From an uncultured Dehalococcoidia bacterium (GTDB lineage Bacteria; Chloroflexota; Dehalococcoidia; Lucifugimonadales; UBA3495): a stretch of 64,000 nt of DNA. Both the position numbers and the translations under genes were made by a program. Shown here in pieces: positions 30,701-45,700 of the stretch (positions are counted from its first letter, which is position 1; each line of letters starts with the position of its first letter). Where the stretch lies: the NCBI GenBank assembly GCA_958296385.1, contig OY282494.1, forward strand, positions 2,622,981-2,686,980, read 5' to 3'. The notes under the pieces are model-generated. The model saw nothing but the letters and a program-made list of their open reading frames with translations. It searched no databases and was not told where the DNA came from.

Positions 30701-33700
30701 AGCTGGGCCACCGGCACGCTGGCCGCCAGCGATGGCAGCAACAGCATCAAACAGCTCGGCGGGCTGGTGGGCCGGCTGGTTAACAGCGACGTAATCGCCA
30801 GCTGGGCCAACGTGTCGGTAAGCGCCCCCGACAGCGCCATCGGCATCTACGTCGGCGGCCTGGTTGGGATCGTTAACAACAGCGACGTAATCGCCAGCTA
30901 CGCCACCGGCGCGGTATCCGGCGGCGGCGCAGGCTCTCGCATCGGCGGCCTGGCCGGCTTTATGGAGGGCGGCGGTTCCACCATCACGGCCTCTTACGCC
31001 ACCGGGCCGGTAACCGGCGGCAACGGCAGCACCCAGAGCGGCCTGCTCTCCGCGTTTGTGGGCACCATCACCAACAGCTATTGGGACGCCATCCGCAGCG
31101 GCATCCCCGACGACGCTGACGACGCGGCGCCGGAGGGGAAAACGACTTACGAGCTGCGCAGCCCCACCGCCTACGGCGCCAGCACGAGTACCGGCCTTTA
31201 CGTCGCCTGGAACGTGGACGTTGACAACGCGGACGGCGACAACAACCTGGCCACCGGCGGCGATGACCCGTGGGACTTTGGCACCAACCTGGAATACCCC
31301 GTGCTGAAGTACGACGGGGCGGACGCCGCCGGGCAGAAAACCGGCCAGCCCACCCCCTCCACCGACGGCACGCTGTCCGGGCTCAGCGTGGCCCCGGCGA
31401 TGCTGACGACGACCTTTGCCGCCGGCACCGCCAGCTACACGGCAACGCTGCCCCCCGGCGCAACCCCCCTGACGGCTACCGTGACCGCGACGACGACGGC
31501 CGCGACCGCCCGTGGCGTGTCGTACAGCGCCGTCGCCGGCAGCGGCAGCCCCGTCACCGCCGACGCCGACACCAGCGCCGACGGCCACCAGGTAACGCTC
31601 GTCGGCCCCCTGACCGTCATCACCATTACCGTCATGGCCGAGGACGGCTCGCCCCAAACCTACACCGTGTCCATAACGGTGCCGACCCACGACTACGATA
31701 CCAACAACAACGGCCTGATTGACGTCACCACGCTGGAGCGGCTGAACGCCATTCGCTACGACTTGAACGGCGATGGCACGGCGAACGCCGGCGATGCGGC
31801 CGCCTACGCCGCCGCCTACCCCTACCCGATGGCCGGGATGGGCTGCCCCTCGGCAACCTGCACCGGCTACGAACTGCGGAACGCGCTGGACTTCAACACC
31901 GGCGAGGCCAACATCCGCACCGACGATACTTATTACAACGACGGCGAGGGGTGGGCGCCCATCGGAGGGGTTACCGGCCGGTTTGCTACCGCCCCGTCGG
32001 AGACGTACACGGGCGCTTTCAACGGCAACGGATTCGCCATTTCCAACCTGCAAATTGACCGCACCGGCAGCGACAGTTCCGACGCCGACTCTTACATCGG
32101 CCTGTTTGGAGACGCATCGGGCCGCATTGAGCAGGTTGCGCTGGTTAACGCGGAGGTCAAAGGCGAGACCGTCGTTGGCACGCTGGTCGGCCGGCTGGCC
32201 AGCGGCGGCAGCATCGTCGCCTCCTACGTCCAGGGCGGCCTGGTCGAAGGCCACAGCTATATTGGCGGGCTGGTGGGCATTAACCAACCCAACGCCAGCA
32301 TCACCGCCAGCTATACCGACATCCGGGTCAACAACACGTACACGGGCAGCATCTTTGGCGGCACCGGCTATGCTACCGGCGGCATCGCCGGCATCCACGC
32401 CGGCCGCATTATCGCCAGCTACGCCATGGGTTCGGTAGAGCGCCAGCCCCTCACCGGCACCCGGGCCTCCACCGGCGGCCTGTCGGGATTCACCGGCAGC
32501 AATTCCCCCGCGCAGGCAACCACCAACAGCTATTGGGATACCGTCCGCACCGGGCAGGCTACCGAATTCGGCTTCCCACGCACCACCGCCGGCGGCAAAG
32601 CGACTTACGAACTCCGCACGCCCACCAACGCCGGCGGCTATGCCGGCATCTACGCCAACTGGAATCTGAACATTGACGGCGATACCGGCACCGGCACGCC
32701 GACCACCGGGCTGGACAACCCCTGGGACTTTGGCACCGGGATGCAGTACCCGGCCCTGCGCTACGGCGGACATTCGGCGGCGGCCCAGTTCGCCCGCCAG
32801 CCGGATATTGGCACCAACGACGAGCTTTCGTCGCTCACGGTGGCCCCGGCTACGCTGGCGCCGGACTTTAGCGCGAGCGTCATTGAGTACACCGCAACGC
32901 TGCCGGACTCCAACCCCGCCGCGCTCACCGTTGCCGGGGTTACGGCTACCACCACCGACGTATCCATCAGCGCGGTCATCGGCAGCGGGGCCGCCGTTAC
33001 CACCGACGCCGACGCCGTTGCCGCCGGCTATCAGGTTACCCTGGGCAGCCCCAACACGGTGATTACCGTTACCGCCACCGCCCCGGACGGCTCCACCACC
33101 ACCTACACCGTCACCATCAGCATACCCGCCAACGACTACGATGCCGACGACGACGGGCTGATTGACATTACCACCCTGGCGCAGCTGAACGCCGTCCGCT
33201 ACGACCTGGACGGCGATGGGGCGGTGAGCTCCGGCGATGCCGCCAACTACGCCAGCGCCTTCTACTACCCGGCCGCCGGGATGGGCTGCGCGGCCGTTGA
33301 CCACGACAACGACGCCAACACTGCCGACCAGCCCGTCTGCACCGGCTACGAGCTGATGGCCGACCTGGACTTTGACACCGACGACAGCGGCGGCGTGGAC
33401 AGCAGCGACACTTACCCCAACTGGGCGCCCATCGGCAGTGTTAGCTCGTCGTTCACCGGCGATTTCGAGGGCAACGGACATACCATCGCCAACCTGACCA
33501 TCAACAACACGTCGGGCTCGGGCGCCCTGCGGCTGGGGCTGTTTGGCAATATCGGCGGCAGCGTTTCCGGGGTGGGCCTGCCGGACGCCAGCATCAGCTC
33601 GTCGTATAGCGGCACTCTCCTGATGGGGCCGCTGGCCGGCAACGTGATCGGCAATGGGACGGTAACTTCCAGCTGGGCCACCGGCAGCGTGGAATCCACC

Positions 33701-36700
33701 GACACCGGCGGCGCCAAGTTCATCGGCGGGCTGTTGGGCCATAGCGAGCGGCCGGTGCGGGCCAGCTATTCCGGGGCATCGGTAACTGCACCCAATACGG
33801 CCACGGGAGTGAGCGCCGGCGGCCTGGCCGGAGCGCTGTTCAGCACTAGCACAGTCACCGCCAGCTATGCCACCGGCGCGGTATCCGGCGGCACGGGCAG
33901 TGGCTCCCATGTCGGCGGCCTGGTCGGCCAGTTCCGCTCCAGCACCGCCAGCATCATCGCGTCTTACGCTACGGGAGCGGTAACCGGCGGCGGCACCGGC
34001 GCCAACGTGGGCGGCTTGGTCGGCAGTGCGGGCACCGCCACCATCACCAACAGCTATTGGGATGTTACCGCCAGCGGTGTTGCCGATGATGCTAACAGCC
34101 CGGCCGGGGTGGGCCAGACTACTACTGCCCTGCAAACACCCACCGGCACCACCGGCATCTACTCCGGCTGGGACGTGAACGTTGACGGGGAAAGCGGCAA
34201 CGACGACCCCTGGCACTTTGGCACGGCCAGCCAGTACCCCATCCTGCAATTCGACCGGGACGTCATCGCCATCGAACGGCAGTACAGCAACGTTGGCAAG
34301 GATTACGACGACGACAACGACAATCTGATTGACGTTACGACGCTGGCCCAGCTGGACGCTATCCGCTATGACTTGAACGGCGATGGCGCCGGGTGGGCCA
34401 AGGGGAGCGCCAGCGCCCGGTACGCAACGGCGTTCCCCGGCCTGTCCGCCGGCATGGGCTGCCCGGACGGGTGCGCGGGCTACGAGCTGCTGGCCGACCT
34501 GGACTTTGACAGCAACGACGACGGCGAGGTGAACAGCAGCGACGCGTATCCCAACTGGACGCCCATCGGCACCGCCGCCGCGCCGTACACCGCTACTTTC
34601 AACGGCAACCACCGCACCATCGCCAACCTCACGGTCAACGCGGCCGCCAGCGTTGGGCGGGTGGGGCTGTTTGGCGAGGCCAGCGGCGCCATCTCCCGCG
34701 TGGGCCTGCCCGACGTCAGCATTAGCGCGGCCGCCGCCGGACTCCTGGCCGGCGCGCTGGTCGGCTTCCTGGACGAGGATGGGACGGTAACCTCCAGCTG
34801 GGCCACGGGCAGCGTGACGGCCACCGATACCGGCAGCGACGCCCAATCCATCGGCGGGCTGGTGGGCGAGACCAGCGGCGCGGTGCGGGGCAGCTATGCC
34901 GGCGTGTCGGTAACCGCCCCCAATACTGCTACGAACGTGCGCGCCGGCGGCCTGGTCGGATACTCCGCCGTGGTGACGGCCAGCTATGCCACCGGCGCGG
35001 TAGCCGGCGGCGCCGGCAACGACTCTGACACCGGCGGCCTGGTCGGTCTGTCGGGCGCCACCGGCGCCGGCTCAGCCGTCGCAACGGCGTCTTATGCAAC
35101 GGGAGCGGTTACGTCCGGCATTGGCGCCAACGTGGGCGGGCTGGCCGGGCGTTCGGTATTCATGTCGATCCCTACGGTCAACAGCTATTGGGACACCGAA
35201 AAGAGCGGCATCGCCGCCGGGGCCAGCAGCTACGGCGTGGGCAAGACTACCAGCGAACTGCAAACCCCCACCGCCTACGGCGACATCTACGCCATGTGGA
35301 ACGTGGACGTTACCGACACTGGCAACATCGACGACCCCTGGGACTTTGGCCTCAACTCGCAGTACCCGGCATTGAAGTACGACGGCATGGACGTGCTGCG
35401 GCAGGGCCGGAACACCATCCTGTTCTCCACCGACGCGCTGGACGTGACGGAGGAGGACAGCGCCGGCGCAAATTACACCGTGCGGCTGGGCGGCGCGCCC
35501 AAAGCGGGGACGACGGTAACCGTAGCCATCACCAGCCCCGCCGACGACGACGTAACCATCGCCACCGACGGCACTTTCAGCGACAGCGCAACGCTGCGCT
35601 TTACCGACGCTGACTACACGACGGGGCAGACGGTAACCGTCAAGGCGGGCGGCGATGCCAACCTGGCCAACGAAAGCCTCACCCTGACGCACACCGCCAG
35701 CGGCGCCGGCAGCGGCTTTGCGGACGCTACGGCCGACCTGACCGTAACCGTCATCGACAACGACACCGGCGCCATCCTGCTGCGGCAAAGCGGCAGCGAC
35801 ATCACCGCGCTAACCATCACCGAGGAGGCCAGCAGCGACACTGAGTACCAGGTGTCCCTGGACCAGCCCCCGCTGGCCAGCGTAAGCATCACCATCACCA
35901 GCAGCGATGCCGACGCCGTTAGAATCCACGACGGCAGCAGCACTTTCACTGACTCCGACTTCGGCAGCAGCCACACGCTGACTTTTGCCGCCGGCACCAC
36001 TACGGCGCAGACGGTAACCATCCGGGCGCCGCATGACAGCGACGGCAACGAAGGCAGCGCCACGCTCACCCACACCGCCGCCGGCACGGGCCACGGCTAC
36101 AACAACGCCAGCACTACCCTGTCCGTAACCGTCACCGACGACGACACGCCGGCCGTCCTGCTGTGGGAGGCGGCGGCCGAGACCGCCAGCTCCACGCTGA
36201 CCGTAGCCGAGGAGGGCAGCGGCAGCTACCGCGTGCGCCTGCAAACCCAACCCACCGCCGACGTAACCGTAACCGTAACCGCATCCGGCGACTTGACCAT
36301 CGACGACAGCACCGGCAACGACTTTGCCACTACCAAAACGCTGACCTTTACCGGCGGCAGCGGCGGCAACTGGGAAACGGCGCAGACGATACGGGTCAGA
36401 GCGGCGGCCGACGTCAACCTGGCTAACGAAACCCTCACGATTACCCACGCCGTCACCAGCACTGACCCCGCCTACACCGGCCTCAGCGACGTATCCCTGA
36501 CCGTAACCGTTGAGGACGACGACACCAACGCCGCCGCCATCATCCTGAAGCAGAACGGCACCGCTACCAGCACGCTGTCCCTAATCGAGGGCGCCGCCGC
36601 CGCCGAGTACACCGTAGAGCTGAGCCACGAGCCGTCCCACGACGTGGAGGTAACCGTAACCGCCGCCGGCGACGTAACCATCGACGGCCCCGACGTCCCC

Positions 36701-39700
36701 ACCACGCTCACCGTCAGCGAAACGCTGACCTTTACCGCCGGCAGCTATGGGCCGCAAATCATCCGGGCGCAAGCCGCCTCCGACAGCGACCTGTTCGACG
36801 ACACCCTCACCATTACCCACGCCGCCGCCGACGCAACGAGCGGCATGGCCAGCGGCTACGCCGGCGTCAGCAAAGACCTGGCCGTAACCGTTGCGGACGA
36901 CGACCAGGGCGAAATCCGCGTAACCTCGGGCGGCTCGGTAGTCGAGCTGGGCGTAACCGAGGAACACAGCGGCACCGTAACTTATGACGTGGAGCTGGTG
37001 CAGACCCCGCTGGCCAACGTAACCGTAACCGTAGCCGTCCCCAGCGACTACACCGACGTCCTGGAAATCGACGGCCCCGACGCCGGCCTAACGTTCAGCA
37101 GCAGCGAAACGATAAACTTCACCCCCACGGACCATGGGAAAAAGACGATAACCCTGCGGGCGAAAGCCGACGACGACGACGACGGCGCCACTTTCTCCCT
37201 GACGCACACCGCCGCCGACGCAACGTCCACGGCCAGCGGCTATGACGGCGTGACCAAAGACCAGCTCGTCAGGGTAACCGACAACGACGTACCCGGCATC
37301 ACGCTGTCCGTAACCACCGCACTGGCCGTACGCGAGGAAAACGCCAGCCCCGTAACCTACACCGTCGTGCTGGACACCAAGCCCGGAGCCGACGTAATCG
37401 TAACCGTAACCGCCGGCACCAACCTGGAAATCGACGACAGCGCCGGCGACGATTTTGGCGGCAGCGAAACGCTCACTTTCACGTCCATGGACTGGAACAC
37501 GGCGCAAACCATCCGGGTCAACGCGCTGGCCGACGACAACGTGGTCCACGAAACCACGGCGATTACCCACGTCGTCACCAGCACGGACACCGCCTACAAC
37601 GCCGTCGGCGACGAATCCCTCGCCGTCAACGTAACCGACAGCGACACCGCCGCCATCGTGCTGGCCACCACCACCCTGATGATTACCGAGGGCGGCAGCG
37701 ACACCTACACCGTCAAGCTGAGCAACGAACCGTCCGCCGAAGTAACCGTAACCATCACCAGCCCCGCCGACGACGACGTAACCATCGCCACCGACGGCAG
37801 CACTTTCAGCGACAGCGAAACGCTCACCTTTGATGCGGACTGGAATACCGGCAAGACGGTAACGGTCCAAACGGCCGAGGACGACGACGACCTGGGCAAC
37901 GACACCGCCATCCTGACCCACACCGCCAGCGGCGTCGGCAGCGGCTACGAAAGCGCCAGCACCACCGCCCTGACGGTAACCGTGGAGGACAACGACAGCG
38001 GCGACATCCTGCTGCGGCAAAGTGGCGCCGACATAGCCACGCTAACCATCGACGAGGAGGCCAGCGACACTACTTACCAGGTGTCCCTGGCCCAGGCCCC
38101 GCTGGCCGACGTAAGCATCACCATTACCAGCAGCGATGCCGACGCCGTTAGAATCCACGACGGCGGCAGTACTTCCACCGACGCCGATTTCGGCAGCAGC
38201 CGCACGCTGACTTTTGACGCCGGCGTCACTACGGCGCAGGATGTAACCATCCGGGCGCCGCATGACCACGACGGCATCCCCGGAAGCTCCACCCTCACCC
38301 ATGCCGCCGTCGGCACGGGCCACGGCTACAACAACGCCCGCGCTACCCTGGACGTAACCGTCAACGACAACGACACGCCGGCCGTGCTGCTGTGGGAGGC
38401 AACGGACGATAGCGCCAGCTCCACGCTGACCGTAGCCGAGGAGGGCAGCGCCAGCTACCGCGTGCGCCTGCAAACCCAACCCTCCGCCGACGTAACCATC
38501 GACGTAACCGCCGCCGGCGACTTGACTATTGACGACGGCGACGGCACTTTCGGAACCACCGAAGAGCTGACTTTCACGTCCGGCAGCTCCGGCAACTGGA
38601 ATACGCCGCAGACCATCACGGTAAGAGCGGCGGCCGACAACAACCTGGCCGACGAAACCCCGGCGATTACCCACGCCGTCACCAGCACGGATACCAACTA
38701 CGGCAGCCTCAGCGACGTATCCCTGACCGTAACCGTTAAGGATAACGACACCGGCAGCATCGTGCTGACCGACAGCAGCAACGACCCGCTAACCGCGCTA
38801 ACCATTGACGAGGGCGCGGCCCCCATCACCTACAAAGTAGCCCTGAGCCATAAGCCGTTGGCCGACGTAACCGTCACCTTTAACCGGACCAGCGGCAACG
38901 TGACCATCGACACCAACAACGACAATACTTTCGCCGCCACCGGCGAAACGCTGACCTTTACTACCACCAACTGGAATGTGGCGCAGCCGGTACGGGTGCA
39001 GGCGGGGGACGACTTCAACCTGGCCGACGACAGCGGCAGCATCAACCACGTCGCCAGCAACGCCGCAACGGGCGTGGCCAGCGGCTACGCCGGCATCAGC
39101 AAAGCCCTGTCGCTAACCGAAACCGACACCGACACGCCCACCATCAAGCTGACCCATGCCACCACCGGCAACGCCATCACCGAGCTGACCGTAACTGAGG
39201 GCAACGACGTTGAATATAAGGTGGAGCTGAGCCATCAGCCCCTGCACCCGGTAACCGTAACCGTCACCAGCAACGATAGCGACGCCGCAATCATTGAGGG
39301 CCCTGACTCCGGCAGCGACTTCAGCGACAGCGAAACGGTGCTGTTCACCGTCAGCAACTGGAATACGGCGCAGACGGTAACCGTCCGGGCGCCGCAGGAC
39401 AACGACGACGATAACGAAAGCCCCACCCTGACGCACACTCCCACCGACACCACGTCCGGCTCGGAAAGCGGCTACGCGGGCATCACCGCCGTAACCCTGC
39501 CCGTAACCGTTATGGACGACGACCTGCCCGGCATCCTGCTGTGGGAGGCCGCGGCCGATACCGCCAGCTCCACGCTGACCGTAGCCGAGGAGGGCAGCGC
39601 CAGCTACCGCGTGCGCCTGCAAACCCAACCCTCCGCCGCCGTAACCGTAACGATAACCGCCGGAACCAACCTGGAAATCGACGACAACAATGACAATGAC

Positions 39701-42700
39701 TTTGGCACCACCGAAACGCTGACTTTCACGGTCATGAACTGGAACACGGCGCAAACCGTCCGGGTGAACGCGCTGGCCGACGACAACCTGGCCGACGAAA
39801 CCCCGGCGCTTACCCACGACATCGCCAGCATCTCGGACACCGCCTACAACGCCGTCAGCAACGTAACCCTGACCGTAACCGTTAAGGACAACGACGACGC
39901 CGCCATCATCATCAAGCAAAGCGGCTCGGAGATAACCGCGCTGTCCCTCACCGAGGCCGCCGCCGCCAGCAGCTACACCGTAGAGCTGAGCAATCAGCCG
40001 TCGGCTAACGTGACCGTGCTCGTTACCGCAACCGACGACGTAACCATCGACGACAACAGCGGCACCGATTTTGACACCACCGAAACGCTAACCTTTACCG
40101 CCAACACCTGGGACGATCCGCAGACCATCCGGGCGCGCGCGGCCACCGACCCCGACCTGTCCGACGACGACACCACCATTACCCACGTCGCCTCGGACGC
40201 AACGGTGGGCAGCGTCAGCGGCTACGCCGGCGTCAGAAAGACCCTGGACGTAACCGAAACCGACTCCACCACGCCCACCGTCGTCCTGACCGATTCCGGC
40301 GGCGACGCCATAACCACGCTGGACGTAACCGAGGACGCCGGCAACGTCACTTACAATGTCGGGCTGAGCAACCCGCCGCTGGCCGCCGTAACCGTAGTCA
40401 TCACCAGCGGCGATGCCGACGCCGTGCAAATTGACGATGGCGGCACTTTTGGCACCAGCCGCACGCTGAATTTCGCCATTGGGGCCACTGCGGCGCAGCC
40501 GGTAACCGTCAAGGCGCCCCACGACAACGACGACGATAACGAAAGCGTCACCATCAGCCACAACCCCGACGGCGCCGGCAGCGGCGGCTACGAGACCATC
40601 GCCAGCCAGGACCTGACCGTAGCCGTTGACGACGACGACGACCCGGCCATCGCGCTGTACCACGCCACCGATCTTACCGCCACCACCACGCTAACCGTAA
40701 CCGAGGAGGCTACCGCCACCTACCGGGTGCGCTTGGCCAGCCAGCCCACGCAGAGCGTAACCGTAACCATCACCCCGTCCGCCGGCCTGCAAGTTGACGA
40801 CGGCGGCGGCACTTTCGCCAACAGTGGAACGCTGACTTTCCCGGCCTCTGATTGGGATGACCTGCAAACGGTAACCGTGCAGGCCGCCGAGGACGTCGAC
40901 CTCACCGATACCACCATCACGATTGCCCACAGCACCGACAGCACCGACACCGACTACGCCCGCGCCGCCGGCCTGAGCGCAACCCTCACCGTAACCGTTG
41001 AGGACAACGACACCGCCAGCATCATCCTGTCCGAAACCGGCACGCTGGCCCTCACCGAGCAGGCCGCCGCCGTCAACTACACCGTAAAGCTGAGCCACCA
41101 GCCGGCGGCCAGCGTAACCGTAACCGTAACCTCCGCCGGCGCCGTAACCATTGACGACAATACCGGCACCGATTTCAGCACCAGCGAAACGCTGACCTTT
41201 ACCGGCGGCGGCAGCGGCAACTGGAACACGCCGCAAACCATCCGGGTGCAAGCCGGGGACGACAGCAACCTGGAGGCCGAAACCAGCACGATTACCCACG
41301 CCATCGCCAGCACCGGCGACGCCAACTACAACGCCCTCGAGGACGTATCCCTGTCCGTATCCATCGCCGACAACGACACCGGCGATATTGAGCTGACGCA
41401 AAGCGGCTCGGCCATAGCCGCCAACACGCTGGCCATCAACGAGGAGGCCAGCAACACTACCTACAGCGTAGGGCTGAGCGAGGCGCCGCTGGCCCAGGTA
41501 ACCGTAACCATAACCAGCGGCGACGCCGACGCCTTGCAAATCCACGACGGCGGCTCCGATTTCAACGACGCCGATTTCAGCGGCAGCCGCACGCTCACCT
41601 TTGCCTCCGGGGTCACGACGGCGCAGGAGGTAACCATCCGCGCGCCCCATGACGGCAACTCCATCAGCGAAAGGGTCACCATCACCCACGTCGCCGGCGG
41701 CACGAACAACGGCTACGTCGGCGTCAGCAAGTCCCTGACCGTGAACGTCGCCGACAACGACACGCCGGGCATCGCCCTGGTAATAAGCGAGCTAACCGTA
41801 ACCGAGGAGAACACCTCTGGCGGCACCTACGACGTAGCCTTGCAAACCCAACCCAACGCCGACGTAACCGTAACCGTAACCGCGCCCGACGGCCTGACTA
41901 TCGACGGCCCCGCCGCCGGTACTAATTTCACCAGCAGCGTTACGCTGGACTTCACTACCATCAACTGGGAAACGGGGCAGACTATCGCGGTCAGAGCGGC
42001 GGCCGACGACAACCTCTCCCACGACACCCATCAGATTAGCCACGTCGCTGCCGACGCCACGAGCACCGCCAGCCTCTACGCCGGCCTCAGCAAAGACCTG
42101 GCCGTAACCGTTGAGGACAACGACAACCCAACCATCATCGTAGCCACCAGCACCCTGACGGTTATGGAAGGCGACACGGAAACCTACACCGTCCGGCTCA
42201 GCCACCAGCCGGCCCACGGCGTAACCGTAACCATCGCCAGCGGCGCATCCGATGGCGTAGAAATCGACGGCCCCGACAACGGCGCAACGTTCAGCAACAG
42301 CGAAACGCTGTTCTTTACGAACTCCGCCTCCAGCTGGCAGACGCCGCAAACGGTAACGGTGCGGGGCCTCAGCGACGCCGACCTGTCCGACAGCACGGGC
42401 AACACGCTAACGCACACCGCCAGCAATACGGTGTCCAGCCAGGACAGCCTGTTCACCTCCGCGCCCGCCGTCACGCTGACCTTTACCGTTGACGACGACG
42501 ACACCGGCGACATCCTGCTCACGCAAAACAGCGCGGCCATAACCTCGCTGACCATCAACGAGGAACACGCCACCGACACCACCTATCAGGTAGCGCTCAG
42601 CGAGGCGCCGCTGGCCGACGTAACCATAACCGTCACCACCGACGACAACGACGCCGTGACCATCGACGGCCCCGACGGCAATTCCGATTTCACCAACAGC

Positions 42701-45700
42701 GAAGCGTTGCTGACTTTCAACTCGACGAACTATGCAACGCCGCAAACGGTTACCATCAAGGCGCCGGCGGACAACGACCCGGACAACGAAAGCGTCACGC
42801 TGACCCACACCGCCAGCGGCGGCACGAACAACGGCTACGGCGGCGTCAGCAAAGACCTGTCCATAACCGTAAGCGACGACGACTCGCCCAACATCGCGCT
42901 GTCAGTTTCCGCGCTAACCGTAGCCGAGGAAAACACCAGCCCCGCAACCTACACGGTGGTACTGGCTACCCAGCCCACTGCCGACGTAACCGTAACCGTA
43001 ACCGCATCGGGCGATTTGGAAATCGACAACAACACCGGAAACGACTTCGGTTCCAGCGAAACGCTGACCTTTACCGGCGGCGCTACCGGCAACTGGGAGA
43101 CGGCGCAGACCATCCGGGTGAACGCAACGGGGGACAACGACCTCAAGGACGACACCCCCACGATTACCCACAACCCGTCCAGCACGGACAACGACTACAA
43201 CGTCCTCGACAACAAAACCCTGAACGTAACGATTACCGACGACGACACCGGCAGCATCGTCCTGGAGCAAGGCGGCTCGGCCCTGACCACGCTGGCCCTC
43301 AGCGAGGGCGGCTCCACCGTCAACTACACCGTAGAACTGAGCCACCAGCCCACCGCCAACGTGGACGTCACCCTGACCGCAACCGACGACGTAACCATCG
43401 ACAACGCCAGCGGCAACGACTTTGACACCACCGAAACGCTGCGTTTCACTCCCGGTAACTGGCAGACGGCGCAGACAATCCGGGCGCGCGCGGCCAACGA
43501 CAACGACCTGGGCAACGACACCACCACCATTACCCACGTTGCCGCCGATGCCGCAACGGGCGTAACCAGCGACTACGCCAGCGTCAGCAACACCCTGGAC
43601 GTAACCGTAACCGACACCACCACGCCCACCGTCGTCCTGACCGATTCCGGCGGCGACACCATAACCGCGCTGGCCGTCGACGAGGAGGGCAGCAACGTCA
43701 CCTACGACGTGGCGTTGAGCAACCGGCCTCTGGATTCGGTAACCGTAACCGTCACCAGCGGCAACGTCGCCGTAACCGTCGACGATGGCGATGGCACTTT
43801 CGGCAGCAGCGATGCGCTGACTTTCACCACCACGAACTGGTCAACGGCGCAACCGATAACCGTCAAGGCGCTGGCCGACGACAACTCCACCAACGAAAGC
43901 GTCACCCTCACCCACGCCGCCGCCGACGCAACGAGCGGCATGACCAGCGGCTACGCCGGCATCAGCGACGTAACCCTGACCGTGAACGTTGACGACGACG
44001 ACGACCCGGAAATCCTGCTGTGGCACCCCACCGACGACACCGCCACTACCTCCCTAACCGTAACCGAGGAGGGCACCCAATCCTATCGCATACGCCTGAA
44101 CACTGAACCCAGGGCGGCGGTGAACGTAACCGTCAGCGCGAGGGCCGGCCTGGAAATCGATAACGGCAGCGGCACCTACGGCAGCAGCCGCACGCTGAAC
44201 TTCTCAACGACTAACTGGAACTCGCCGCAAACGGTAACGATACGCGCCACGGCCGACGACGACCTGGCTGTCGGCAGCGGCACCCTGTCCCACGCCGCCC
44301 GCAACGCCGGCAGCACGGCCAGCGACTACCACGGCCTCAGCAAGTCCCTGCCCGTAACGATTACGGACAACGACACGCCAACCATCATCATCTCCGAAAC
44401 CGGCACCCTGTCGGTGGACGAGGGCGGCAACACCACCTACACCGTCTGGCTGAGCAACCGCCCGGCCGCCGGCGTAACCATCACCATCACCAGCAGCGCA
44501 ACCGACGACGTGGAAATCGCAACCGACGGCACTTTCGGCGACAGCGCGACGCTGCGTTTCTCGACCGGGGACTGGAACAGTAGGAAAACGGTAAGGGTGC
44601 AGGGCTTGCCCGACAACGACCTGTCTAACGACCTCAACAACACCCTGACCCACGCCGCCAGCAACACGACGGCCGCCGACAGCCTGTTCGCCAGCGCCGC
44701 CGACGCCGAGCTGTCCGTAACGGTAACCGACACCACCACGCCGAGTATCGTGCTGACCCAAAGCGGCGCGGCCATCAGCGGCGCGCTGGGCATCAACGAG
44801 GAGGGCGGCAACGTCACTTACGGCGTGGGCCTGAGCAACGCGCCGCTGGCTCCCGTAACCGTCACCATCACCAGCGGCAACGCCGCCGTGGAAATCCACG
44901 ATGGCAGCAGCGCTTACAACGACGCCAATTTCAGCAGCAGCCGCACGCTGACTTTCGCCACCGGGGCCACCGCGGCGCAGATGGTAACGCTCCGGGCGCC
45001 CAACGACCCCGGCCCCGACCACGAAACCGTCACGCTAACCCACGCCGGCAGCGGCTCGCTCAGCGGCTACGAAAGCGTCAGCGACGCAACCCTCACCGTG
45101 AACGTTACTGACAACGACACGCCCGCCCTCCTGCTAACTCCAACCGTGCTGACCGTAACCGAGGAGGACAGCGCCGGCGAGAGCTACACCGTAAGCCTGA
45201 CCACCCAACCCTCGGCTGACGTAACCGTAGCCGTAACCGCGCCCGCCGGCCTGACCATCGACGGCCCCGACGACGCTACCGATTTCACCAGTAGCGAAAC
45301 GCTGACTTTCACCAACGCGAACTACGCGGCAAAGACGATAACGGTAAAAGCGGATGCGGACGATAACCTCATCGCCAACAACTTCACGATTACCCACAAC
45401 CCATCCAGCACGGATAGCAACTACAACGCCCTCCCCAACTCATCCCTGTCCGTAACGGTTACGGACGACGACACCGGCAGCCTAATCCTGTCCGAAACCT
45501 CCCGCACCGTAATTGAGGGCGAAACCACCGGCCAGACCTACACCGTCAAGCTGAGCCACCGGCCCAATGCGGCAGTAACCGTAACCATCACCAGCACCGG
45601 CAAAGCCGCCGCAACCCCGGCATCCCTGACCTTTAACACCAGCACCTGGGATAGGGAGCAGACGGTAACCGTCAAAGCGGTAGCCGACGTCAACATTATC

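Noticed and set aside
22286-34846. Very long antisense ORFs inside the giant gene (22286-25120, 944 aa; 27050-29506, 818 aa; 29951-34846, 1631 aa), plus many shorter ones on both strands.
   Set aside because: Their translations are Gly/Ala/Arg/Val/Pro low-complexity with no domain-like motifs and no RBS context. They mirror the repeat periodicity of the sense strand. Stop-poor antisense frames are expected in GC-rich, GNC-biased repetitive coding DNA. The sense frame is the only one that is coherent end to end.
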